Positions 50,687-58,953 of a DNA stretch of 64,000 nt are shown piece by piece. Below the pieces are notes generated by a model. It had not been told where the DNA came from. It saw only the letters and a program-made list of their open reading frames with translations, and made no database searches. Every line of letters starts with the position of its first letter. The stretch's first letter is position 1. The translations under genes were made by a program, and so were the position numbers. This DNA comes from Pseudomonadota bacterium (GTDB lineage Bacteria > Pseudomonadota > Gammaproteobacteria > Acidiferrobacterales > UBA6901): positions 7,107 to 71,106 of the forward strand of contig JAKASJ010000013.1 in NCBI GenBank assembly GCA_021819085.1, in the 5' to 3' direction.

Positions 50687-50702
50687 AGCAATGCGCGTGC
50701 CA
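50687..50702 (-). promoter_or_regulatory. Consensus sigma54 promoter of the flgB operon (TGGCAC-N5-TTGCT)
   Basis: Reverse complement reads TGGCACGCGCATTGCT, ~40 nt upstream of the flgB ATG. Confidence 0.8.
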
Positions 50703-50896
50703 GATTCCACGATGATGGCGGATATAAGGGAAACGGGTGCCTTCTGGAGTTACCAGCGCACGAATTGCACCCTTGCAGGCGGGATTGTCCCCAATGAAGG
50801 GTGGGTGGCCGGCAAGCGTGCGCCGCCAGAGCGGCAATGATTGCCGCACGCGCTGCGCAGCCGCCCGGTATCGGCCCGCTTCAGGGCCGGCATGCC

Positions 50897-50910
50897 GTCA
50901 AGGAAATGAC
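50897..50910. promoter_or_regulatory. Candidate enhancer-binding site GTCAAGGAAATGAC upstream of PflgB
   Basis: GTCA/TGAC inverted arms, ~200 nt upstream of the flgB sigma54 promoter. It matches 11 of 14 positions of the reported FleQ consensus. Confidence 0.3.
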
Positions 50911-50922
50911 TTGCGGCAGTAA

Positions 50923-51786
50923 TCAGACGTGATGATGCTGGACGCGCGCCGGATGTCTCTTAAGTCGGTAGACGATCCCCTCTGGAAATCGCAGCATATC
51001 GAAAGCATCGGAATAATTGGCGAGCGACTCCGCCGACCCGAGGATAAGGTAGCCATCAGGAAGGAGCAATGATGCAATCCGGGTCAGGATGTCACGCTTC
51101 AGACTGGATGAAAAATAGATCAGCACATTGCGACAGAATATCAGATCGAACTTCCCCAATGCCTGGAAATTCTGGCACAGGTTGAGCTCCCTGAAACTCA
51201 CACGCTGGCGCACCTCTCGGTTGACCTCCCATTGGCCGCCGCGTGCCGTGAAAAAGCGGCTGCGACGCTCGGGTGTCAGCCCGCGTGCCATGGCTGCCGC
51301 ATCATAGATGCCGGACTCTGCCTGCTTGAGCACAGACGGCGAAATGTCGGTGGCAACGATCTGCACATCAGCTGCCACTTTGCCGGGATTCAGCAGTACA
51401 AGCTCGTGCAATGCCATGCTGATCGAATACGGCTCCTGCCCGGTGGAACATCCTGCCGACCACACTCGCAGCCGTGCGGAACGGGACTTGGCCAGGCCGG
51501 GAAGAATCACGGTCTTGAGCAGTTCGAAAACCGTGCCATCGCGAAACCACGAAGTTTCGTTGGTGGTCATTGCATCGATGACTCGGTCGCGCAACCGTAC
51601 GTCCGTCCCGATCTTCAGACGCACAAGCAGTTCGCGCAGCGAGGGCAGACCAGCCTCGGCAAGCAGTGGGCTCAGCCGGCTGCTGACGAGATAGTGTTTG
51701 TTATCGCCAAGCATGATGCCGCAGGCCTCCTCCAGAAACGCCCGGAAGCCGTCATAATCCTCGGAAGTCATACCCGCATTGGTCAC
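50923..51786 (-). CDS. cheR: Chemotaxis methyltransferase CheR
   Basis: ETSWFRD..., the SAM-binding motif RVWSAGCSTGQEPYS, and IFCRNVLIYF. A TATAAT hexamer lies at 51805-51810 upstream. The start (GTG 51786 or ATG 51771) is uncertain. Confidence 0.9.
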   Translation of the reverse strand: MTNAGMTSEDYDGFRAFLEEACGIMLGDNKHYLVSSRLSPLLAEAGLPSLRELLVRLKIGTDVRLRDRVIDAMTTNETSWFRDGTVFELLKTVILPGLAKSRSARLRVWSAGCSTGQEPYSISMALHELVLLNPGKVAADVQIVATDISPSVLKQAESGIYDAAAMARGLTPERRSRFFTARGGQWEVNREVRQRVSFRELNLCQNFQALGKFDLIFCRNVLIYFSSSLKRDILTRIASLLLPDGYLILGSAESLANYSDAFDMLRFPEGIVYRLKRHPARVQHHHV

Positions 51787-51937
51787 AGCAACCCAACAGG
51801 CGAAATTATACTATTGGACGCGCGGGTCACGTCCCGGATAGGGGGCATCGTGAAGTGGATCATCCGGGCTAAGGTAATCCGGACTGGGGCGATCTGCAAG
51901 CGGAAGGCGCGGGAGGTGCGACAACGGACTGCGGCCG

Positions 51938-52873
51938 TCACGCGCTGCCAGGGGGGGAAGAGATATCCATCTGGTCCAGCACAGCACGCGCCAGATCATC
52001 CGGATGGAACTTCGGAAGGAATTGGTCTGCCCCCACATGCTTTGCCATGGTATCGTTGAAATTTCCGCTCAGCGATGAATGCAGAATCACATGCAGCGAC
52101 TTTAGGCGCTCATCCCTCTTGATCTCTCTGGTCAACGTATAGCCGTCCATTTCCGGCATTTCGATATCCGTAACCACCAGCGCCAGGCGCTCTCGGACCG
52201 GTGTGCCTTCGCTCGCCCACTGCTGCAGCAGTGTCAGGCCTTCACGCCCGCTGGAAGCCAAAACGCAGCGGATGCCGATTTGTTCAAGCGTACGGGCGAT
52301 CATGTTGCGTGCGACGCTGGAGTCGTCCACGACCAATATCGGCAGACGTTCGCCCCCGCCCGTGCCACGGCCTGCCAGTTCTCCGGACACCGCGAGATTC
52401 GATGGACAGATTTCCGACAGGACCTTCTCCACATCGATGATCTCGATGATGCTGTCGTCGACCTGGGTGATTGCCGTGATGTAGCTCGCCGCACCGGCAG
52501 CCGGCGGTGGTTGGACCTGTTCCCAATTCATATTCACGATGCGATCGACACCGGTCACCAAAAAACCCTGGATGGATTGGTTGAATTCGGTAACCACGAT
52601 AAACAGTCCACGGACATCCTCCGGTAGCGGCTGCCCGATCACCCGACCCATGTCGATTACCGGTAGCGTGCGGCCCCGAACATGGGCAAGCCCGCGCACG
52701 CCGTGATGGCCGTATGGAATCGAGCGCAGCGACGGACATTCGAGAACTTCGCGCACCTTGAACACATTGATTCCATAGCGCTGCCGGCCGCCGATGCGGA
52801 ACAACAGCAATTCCAGGCGGTTGCGACCCGCCAACTGCGTTCGCTGATCGACGGTATCAAGTACGCCTGCCAT
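51938..52873 (-). CDS. cheV: CheV (CheW domain fused to a receiver)
   Basis: CheW-like N-domain (LELLLFRIGGRQRYGINVFKVREV) and a C-terminal receiver (ILVVDDSSVARN...LVVTDIEMPEMDG). Confidence 0.9.
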   Translation of the reverse strand: MAGVLDTVDQRTQLAGRNRLELLLFRIGGRQRYGINVFKVREVLECPSLRSIPYGHHGVRGLAHVRGRTLPVIDMGRVIGQPLPEDVRGLFIVVTEFNQSIQGFLVTGVDRIVNMNWEQVQPPPAAGAASYITAITQVDDSIIEIIDVEKVLSEICPSNLAVSGELAGRGTGGGERLPILVVDDSSVARNMIARTLEQIGIRCVLASSGREGLTLLQQWASEGTPVRERLALVVTDIEMPEMDGYTLTREIKRDERLKSLHVILHSSLSGNFNDTMAKHVGADQFLPKFHPDDLARAVLDQMDISSPPGSA

Positions 52874-52898
52874 GATTCCTCCCGGGGTATTTAAGTCC

Positions 52899-52925
52899 GT
52901 ATCGGCCGAATGCCATCCGGCTTTA
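52899..52925 (-). promoter_or_regulatory. sigma28 promoter of cheV: TAAAGCCG-N11-GCCGATAC
   Basis: Reverse complement reads TAAAGCCGgatggcattcgGCCGATAC. It ends 26 nt upstream of the cheV ATG. Confidence 0.65.
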
Positions 52926-52945
52926 GCCTATCTTTTCTGCTTTCT

Positions 52946-52961
52946 AGGCACGCCAATTGCA
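52946..52961 (+). promoter_or_regulatory. sigma54 promoter upstream of the soluble MCP-flgA pair (AGGCAC-N5-TTGCA)
   Basis: AGGCACGCCAATTGCA with correct GG-N10-GC spacing, 85 nt upstream of the MCP ATG. Divergent from PcheV. Confidence 0.6.
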
Positions 52962-53045
52962 TATTCGCGATGACCAGGGGCTGCGAGCACAGGTTCATGT
53001 CCGCGGTGACAAGCCCCCTTTAGCCGCAGGTAATCGGAGCAATTC

Positions 53046-54392
53046 ATGGCGCAACCGCTACTCCTAACAAAACAGGCCATTCCTTTGCTGGAATCAGCCC
53101 TGGCTTCGAACCACCAGCAACTCAGCCGCTTGGCGCGTCAGCATCGTGGCACCGCCAAATCCTTGACGCCCGTCACGGAGGCGCTGATCACCAACAACAG
53201 AAAATTGGTGGAAATCGGACGTAACGGCGCCGACATTCTGGATCAGGCCGTAAACATTCTTTCAAAGAACGGGGCCTTTAGCCGTGAAGTCCGTCACATC
53301 ATGGACAACGTAACGAGCGTGGCTACTGCGGTGGAGGAAATGGCGGCCACAGCGACGGAGATTTCCCGCACCGCACAGCAAGCGGCCAAGCGCGCTGAGG
53401 AGAGCAGCACCAAGGCAGCCACTGGCAACGAAAACATCTCTTCGCTCGTGGGCGATATGGATCAGCTCGAACTCGCCATCAAATCCATGGCCGACGGCAT
53501 GCATCAGTTCGTCGGGTTCAGCCGCGAGATCAACAAGCTCACGGCGATCGTGCGCGACATTGCCCATCAAACAAACCTGCTGGCACTAAATGCGGCAATC
53601 GAAGCGGCTCGGGCCGGCGAAGCCGGGCGCGGCTTCGCCGTGGTTGCTGACGAAGTGAAGAAACTCGCCGACAAGACTGCGCAGGCGACTACGGAGATCG
53701 AATCAGTAACCAATACGATGAATGCCCTGTCCGAGCAGGTAGGAAGCTCGGTGAGCACCAGCCTCGACCGTCTCAGCAAGAGCATCAATGCCCTTGATAC
53801 GGTTGCCTCGGTGCTTGCCGAAGGCAACAGCGTCGTGCGCGACGTAAGCGACAGGGTGCATCAGATCGCGGTCGCGGCCGAAGAACAGAGCGCGGTATCA
53901 AGCGAGATGGCCAACAACCTGGCTGCCGTCACTTCGGCACTGAACAGCGAGAATCATCAGGTCGTTGCGGTGAGCAAGCATGCCCACAGTCTTACGGAAA
54001 TCGCCGGACACCAGGCGGATCTGCTGGCCGATTTCGGACAGGACGAGGTTTTGCTGCAGGCGGCAAAATCCGATCACCTGGCTTGGAAAGCCCGCCTGTC
54101 CGAGGCGGTGATCGGCGAGAATGGCCTGACGGAAAACGAAATCCAGGATCCCGGAACCGGACGCCTGGAACGCTGGTGTCAGGACAAGCAGCAACAATAC
54201 GGCCAGCTGTCGGGATTTCGCGCCCTGACAGAACCGCGTAACCGGCTGCAAACCATGGGCGCTGAGATCCTGAAATTGTCATCGGCAGGCGATTTCCAGA
54301 AGGCAATGGTGAAGCTGCAGGAAACGGATCCAGTCACACGCACGCTGTTTGATGCGATTGACCAGCTTGGCCATGAAGTCCGAGAGGGTTGA
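53046..54392 (+). CDS. Cytosolic methyl-accepting chemotaxis protein with a C-terminal CZB-like domain
   Basis: No hydrophobic TM segment. MCP hairpin tip [38 protein letters not shown]-terminal ~110 aa begin [12 protein letters not shown] (CZB HxxxW signature). Confidence 0.85.
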   Translation: MAQPLLLTKQAIPLLESALASNHQQLSRLARQHRGTAKSLTPVTEALITNNRKLVEIGRNGADILDQAVNILSKNGAFSREVRHIMDNVTSVATAVEEMAATATEISRTAQQAAKRAEESSTKAATGNENISSLVGDMDQLELAIKSMADGMHQFVGFSREINKLTAIVRDIAHQTNLLALNAAIEAARAGEAGRGFAVVADEVKKLADKTAQATTEIESVTNTMNALSEQVGSSVSTSLDRLSKSINALDTVASVLAEGNSVVRDVSDRVHQIAVAAEEQSAVSSEMANNLAAVTSALNSENHQVVAVSKHAHSLTEIAGHQADLLADFGQDEVLLQAAKSDHLAWKARLSEAVIGENGLTENEIQDPGTGRLERWCQDKQQQYGQLSGFRALTEPRNRLQTMGAEILKLSSAGDFQKAMVKLQETDPVTRTLFDAIDQLGHEVREG

Positions 54393-54398
54393 TCGGCA

Positions 54399-55115
54399 AT
54401 GACCGCCAGAGGAATGATCACATTGGTACTGCTTCTGCTGGGGTCAGCTTGCATTGTCGCTCGGGCCCAGGATGCGGCAGGTCCCCATCAGAGTCTCAGA
54501 TCAATACGTACGGCTGTCGGGGATTTTCTGGCTAGGCAAAATTCCTACAGCCCGCGGCGTTCGAAAATTGTGGTTGGCCGCCTTGATTCGCGTCTGCGCC
54601 TGGCAGCCTGCAATCGACCTTTGCGGACCTCTTTCCCACCGGGAGCGGGAGCGATTGGAGAGACCACTGTTGGTGTGCGCTGCACCGGGAGCCGGCCCTG
54701 GTCGCTCTATGTTCCGGCGACGGTGCAGGTATTTGACAAGGTTCTGATTGCAGCACGGCCTCTCGTCCGCGGCGCCCGTCTAATTCCGGCGGACTTCATC
54801 GTCTCGGAGCGCGACGTGAGCAGCCTAACGGCAGGCTATGTATCCAACCCGCTTCGGGTAAACGGCGAAGTGCTACGGCAACCGCTCACGGCCGGGACAG
54901 TGCTTCTCCCGGATATGATGCAAGGTCAGCGTCTGGTGCGCCGCGGCATGCCGGTAACAATCGTTGCCGAAGTCGGAGGGCTGAAGGTGCGCGTGCAGGG
55001 GCGTGCGTTGGGTGACGGAGCAGCCGGACAATGGGTGCGGGTACGTAACTCCATGTCCAACAAGGTGATAGAGGGCGTCGTGACCCACGACGGCTCAGTA
55101 CGGGTACCGATGTGA
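54399..55115 (+). CDS. flgA: P-ring assembly chaperone FlgA
   Basis: Signal peptide (ITLVLLLLGSACIVARA), and a C-terminal SAF/FlgA region ending GQWVRVRNSMSNKVIEGVVTHDGSVRV. It starts 6 nt after the MCP stop. Confidence 0.85.
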   Translation: MTARGMITLVLLLLGSACIVARAQDAAGPHQSLRSIRTAVGDFLARQNSYSPRRSKIVVGRLDSRLRLAACNRPLRTSFPPGAGAIGETTVGVRCTGSRPWSLYVPATVQVFDKVLIAARPLVRGARLIPADFIVSERDVSSLTAGYVSNPLRVNGEVLRQPLTAGTVLLPDMMQGQRLVRRGMPVTIVAEVGGLKVRVQGRALGDGAAGQWVRVRNSMSNKVIEGVVTHDGSVRVPM

Positions 55116-55139
55116 TTGGCGTATATGGCAATGTTGGCC

Positions 55140-55166
55140 TAAAGTTTGGGGAAATTCGGCCGTTAA
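55140..55166 (+). promoter_or_regulatory. sigma28 promoter of flgMN: TAAAGTTT-N11-GCCGTTAA
   Basis: TAAAGTTTggggaaattcgGCCGTTAA, ending 28 nt upstream of the flgM ATG. Confidence 0.75.
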
Positions 55167-55193
55167 CTAAGCCAGGATTCAGGAGAAACAGTC

Positions 55194-55520
55194 ATGGCTA
55201 TTGAAATCAACGGCTTGCCGTCGCCCCAGGCCAAAATTGCCGGTGAGGGGTCGCAGACCAAGGCCGGACAGCAGGAAGCCGGTGCAACCCCATCGGGGCA
55301 GCCAAATACACCAACCGCCGACACTGTCAGCCTCACGGGTACGGCGACGCACCTCAAGACCTTGGAAGCGGTGATGGCATCATTGCCGGTCGTGGACAGT
55401 CAGCGCGTGGAACAGCTGCGCCAATCTGTCTCTAGCGGTACATACCGTGTCGATAGTCAGCGCGTTGCCAGCAAGCTCGTATCCTTCGAAAACCGGTTGC
55501 ACGGCAAGGGGAAGGCCTGA
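55194..55520 (+). CDS. flgM: Anti-sigma28 factor FlgM
   Basis: 108 aa. C-terminal VDSQRVEQLRQSVSSGTYRVDSQRVASKLVSFE is typical of FlgM. Confidence 0.8.
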   Translation: MAIEINGLPSPQAKIAGEGSQTKAGQQEAGATPSGQPNTPTADTVSLTGTATHLKTLEAVMASLPVVDSQRVEQLRQSVSSGTYRVDSQRVASKLVSFENRLHGKGKA

Positions 55521-55525
55521 GCTAC

Positions 55526-56002
55526 ATGACACAACCCGGCTTATCCGAACTGTTCGAGGCTGCGCTCTGCGATACCGCGCTGCTTCTGGCCACATTGCAG
55601 GAGGAATTTAGGGCGTTATCCAGGCCCGATGCCGTCACGATCGAGGAAATCGTTGCGCGCAAGCGCGAACTTATCGCGAGACTCGAAGATGAGCCGGCCC
55701 GGCGTGCGGTGATGCTGCGTGCCGCCGGCTACGCTGACGGCACGGCAGATATGCGAGAGTGGCTGGGCCAGGTTGACAACACACCCGACCACCGGATTTT
55801 GCGGCTGTGGCAGGACTTTACTGTCATGCTTCGCAAGTGCCAGCAACAGAACCAGATCAATGGTCGTGTGATTGATGTCAACCGTCGTCGTGTTCATGAT
55901 GCGCTATGCATTCTCCGCGGGACTGAACTCGATTCCGGACTTTACGATCCGCGCGGGTCAACTCAGGCACCTGGTGCGTCGCGCCCGATCACCACGGCAT
56001 GA
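55526..56002 (+). CDS. flgN: FlgK/FlgL chaperone FlgN
   Basis: 158-aa helical protein directly after flgM, with FlgN-like N-terminal heptads (LLLATLQEEFRALS...IVARKRELIARLE). Confidence 0.7.
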   Translation: MTQPGLSELFEAALCDTALLLATLQEEFRALSRPDAVTIEEIVARKRELIARLEDEPARRAVMLRAAGYADGTADMREWLGQVDNTPDHRILRLWQDFTVMLRKCQQQNQINGRVIDVNRRRVHDALCILRGTELDSGLYDPRGSTQAPGASRPITTA

Positions 56003-56026
56003 TGACAGAAATGAGATAAGTACAGC

Positions 56027-56863
56027 GTGGCCGTGCTCGGTCTGCCACACGGAGCTGACCGCCGGCATGCGCTGTGTTTCGCATGCACGGATGCTGCTGA
56101 TCACACTGGAACTACCTTGAGCGACGAGCTGCCAGATCCCTTCCAGGAGTACTCACCTGAGATTGAGAGGATCTCATTTGCACCGCAGATCACGAGCCTG
56201 CTGCGACGCATCCGGGAGACCCGCTCGCTGCTGAGCGTCACCGTGGCTGGATCAGGCGAGCTCTACAACAGTGCTATCGTGGAGGTCGATGCCGAGCTCG
56301 GCTGCGTGCTGCTCGATGAATTGACACCTGTTGAAGGCCACATGCGCCTGTTGCAAAGTCGGGCATTGCATGCGCATGCGCGCCTGCGCGGCGTTGATAT
56401 CAGCTTCGCCGGCACACTTCAGGAAGCCGGCGAAAAGGACGGAATCGCCTTCTACAGGCTGCCTATACCGGCCCTGGTCAACTACCGGCAGCGACGCGCC
56501 AACTTTCGGGCACGCGTGGGCATGGGCATTCCGGTGCCGATAGGTCTTGGAAGCCGGCATATCGCAGAATTAGATGGCACATTGTACGATATTTCCATCG
56601 GGGGTGTCGGTGCGCTTGTTCGGGCTGGAAGCATGGCAGAGCTGCACCAAGGCTCGGTATTCGAGCGGTGCAACATCCGTTTGCCGAAAGGACATGAGAT
56701 CAGCTGCGGTCTGGAAATCCGCTATGTCAGTCACGACGAACGCCGTCATGCACTGCGAATCGGCGGACGTTATGTCGACCTTGGTCGCGCTCAGGAAAAA
56801 ATTGTCGAGCATTTCGTGGCTGCGCTGGAGCGCGAGCTTCTGCGCAAGATGCCGAAGGACTGA
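56027..56863 (+). CDS. flgZ: YcgR/FlgZ-type c-di-GMP flagellar brake (PilZN + PilZ)
   Basis: Canonical PilZ motifs RRANFR (RxxxR) and DISIGGVG (DxSxxG). The flgM-flgN-flgZ order matches Pseudomonas. The start codon is uncertain (GTG 56027 or downstream). Confidence 0.85.
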   Translation: MAVLGLPHGADRRHALCFACTDAADHTGTTLSDELPDPFQEYSPEIERISFAPQITSLLRRIRETRSLLSVTVAGSGELYNSAIVEVDAELGCVLLDELTPVEGHMRLLQSRALHAHARLRGVDISFAGTLQEAGEKDGIAFYRLPIPALVNYRQRRANFRARVGMGIPVPIGLGSRHIAELDGTLYDISIGGVGALVRAGSMAELHQGSVFERCNIRLPKGHEISCGLEIRYVSHDERRHALRIGGRYVDLGRAQEKIVEHFVAALERELLRKMPKD

Positions 56864-56874
56864 GGTGCCAGCTA

Positions 56875-57733
56875 TCAGCTGACGCTGACCGGCCGGCCGC
56901 GCATGCCGCCCACGAAGCAGACGGGCATCGATTGTGTGTTGTGCGCGCGGCCGAACCGTCCCTGCCTGTCGACAACGATCACACCGCCCTGGGACTGCGT
57001 AACGCGCTGCATCAGTGCAATCGCGTGCCGCGCGGCAAACTGGGGGCTGGCCCTTCTCTGAAGCAGGTCCACTGCGGATTTGCCCATGACGACCCGGATG
57101 ATTGCCTCACCGACTCCCGTACAAGATGCAGCGCCCATGGCGTCGGCAAAAGTCCCGCAGCCAATCAGCGGCGTATCACCGACACGCCCTGGCAACTTGC
57201 CGAATGTGCCGCCCGTTGAAGTCGCCGCCGCGACCACTCCCCGGACATCCGCGGCCACCGCACCCACAGTTCCCACTGCCGCCTGCCAACGACGCAGCTG
57301 CTGTGCCACAACCAGCGATGCTTCGCTGCAGCTTCGTACCCCCAATTTCCTGGCGTAACGGACCGCACCGTCACCGACAAGCAGCAGATGGCGTCCGTCC
57401 TCGAGAATGCGGCGCGCCAGGGCCACCGGGTTCCGGATACGCCTTATGGCGGCAACCGCTCCAGCCCGCATGCTACCGCCATCCATGATCGCCGCGTCCA
57501 GCTCCACGCGACCTTCGGCATTGAGCACCGAGCCGGTTCCAGCATTAAAGGATGGATTGTCTTCAAGAATAACTACCGCCGCCTCGACCGCATCCAGGGC
57601 CGTGCCGCCGCGCCTCAGGATGTCCCAGGCGGCCATCGCAGCTTCCCGACAACCCGCCAAGGGCACGCGCACTGCGTCGTGGGTACCAGCCAGCACCACC
57701 GTGCACCTGGATGGCAGGGAGCCGGGCGCTCAT
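56875..57733 (-). pseudogene. Isoaspartyl peptidase / L-asparaginase (Ntn hydrolase) with an N-terminal frameshift
   Basis: The main frame has ...DNPSFNAGTGSV... and the nucleophile region GTVGAVAADVRGVVAAATSTGG. The obligatory N-terminal strand MSARLPAIQVHGGAG lies in another frame. The junction is a CAGC-CAGC tandem at 57687-57694. Confidence 0.7.
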
Positions 57734-58055
57734 GGCAGGCAAACCGAGCCCATCGGGAGTAGCCGATACCGCCTCAATCCAGCCCACCTGCATGCCGCCG
57801 GGCGATGCTCTCTTCCTTTCGGACCCTGGGCGGACATTGTGATTAACAGCGCTTTCCGACGTCTGGTACGCACGACACGAGCATAGCGCAGAGCACCGAT
57901 ACCATACGACAATCCGAGTGCACACTGGTCAGTGGCATAAATTGTGCTTTAATCTGAGAAAGGAGCACCGTTTTCAACTGACCCCATTGCTGATCGTCCA
58001 TAACGGGCGGCGGCGGGCGGATTCATAACGAGCACCCGTACCTGGAGGTTGTGCC

Positions 58056-58283
58056 ATGAAAATGTTGCCGCTGCAGATGGTCATTATTGATTTGGAGAAC
58101 GGTCAACGGGGTGTATTCATCGGGCGGCCTTTGGTCATCGCGGAATCGGATGACGATGACTGCCATGTGGAAAATGTGTGGTTCACGAACATCCAGGAGA
58201 TCCCCGATACGGCAACCCTGGAACAACTCGCCAAAATGACCCTGGAACAGGTGCAGCCCACATCGAGCAAAATGCTCCAGTGA
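58056..58283 (+). CDS. Hypothetical small acidic protein (75 aa)
   Basis: ATG preceded by GGAGG at -12..-8. The sequence MKMLPLQMVIIDLENGQRGVFIGRPLVIAESDDDD... looks plausible for a globular protein. It conflicts with a 258-aa antisense ORF of poorer composition. I recognise no family. Confidence 0.35.
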   Translation: MKMLPLQMVIIDLENGQRGVFIGRPLVIAESDDDDCHVENVWFTNIQEIPDTATLEQLAKMTLEQVQPTSSKMLQ

Positions 58284-58620
58284 TTCCCGGTTCTGGTACA
58301 GGATTGCCGAGCGATAGCGGACAGCCGCCGACACACAGACATTGCCGCTTTCGAGGACTGCGTCTTTACCTGCCTGCGTGGCGGTGAAGCGCCATCCCCA
58401 GGGACACATGTTTTCACAAAGAGGGACGCCGGTCGCGACATCGATTCGTTTGCGACCGGCGTCGCACCATCCATAAGATACCCCGGGCGATCTGCCGGTA
58501 TCCTGCGCGAGGACCATGAATCTAGAACACCGGGCATCGCTTAACCCGACGTGGCAGCGATCCCATCCGTCTCGCGCCAGTCTCCAATACGCGATGTCAC
58601 CCCGAACACACTGCACCGCC

Positions 58621-58652
58621 CGATGCTGGCGGCCGCGCCCGGTCCAGCATCG
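58621..58652. repeat. Perfect 9-bp inverted repeat with a 14-nt GC-rich loop
   Basis: CGATGCTGG-cggccgcgcccggt-CCAGCATCG, located in DNA without a convincing ORF, downstream of the YHS gene. Confidence 0.5.
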
Positions 58653-58764
58653 CCTTAGCAACCAGGCTGCAAACCGACCCATAACCGGCAAATCGGACAA
58701 ATCGGCTACCCGGTGCAAGACGAAAAACCCCGGCTTCCGCCCGACACATCCGAATCGCTGGAGA

Positions 58765-58953
58765 TTAAGGCCTTTTCGCCCCGCGCCCGGACTCGCCACC
58801 GCGTCGCGCGCCGCTTGCGAACTTTACGGGATCTGCTGTGAACGCCTTGTGGCAACCTGGCGAGCAAAAATAATAGGTCTTGCCCTGATACTCAGCCCTG
58901 GCCGCTGCCCGTTTCTCGTCAATCACCATGCCGCATACTGGATCCGTTGGCAT
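58765..58953 (-). CDS. YHS/TRASH-domain small metal-binding protein
   Basis: MPTDPVCGMVIDEKRAAARAEYQGKTYYFCSPGCHKAF is the YHS motif. GGAGGG Shine-Dalgarno upstream. The ORF-track N-terminal extension was discarded. Confidence 0.8.
   Translation of the reverse strand: MPTDPVCGMVIDEKRAAARAEYQGKTYYFCSPGCHKAFTADPVKFASGARRGGESGRGAKRP

Noticed and set aside
58281-58541. The in-frame TGA at the end of the 75-aa ORF, followed by ~86 more open codons (possible selenocysteine or read-through).
   Set aside because: There is no UxxC/CxxU-type context and no SECIS-like hairpin right after the TGA. The extension has unconvincing composition and is the mirror frame of the antisense ORF.
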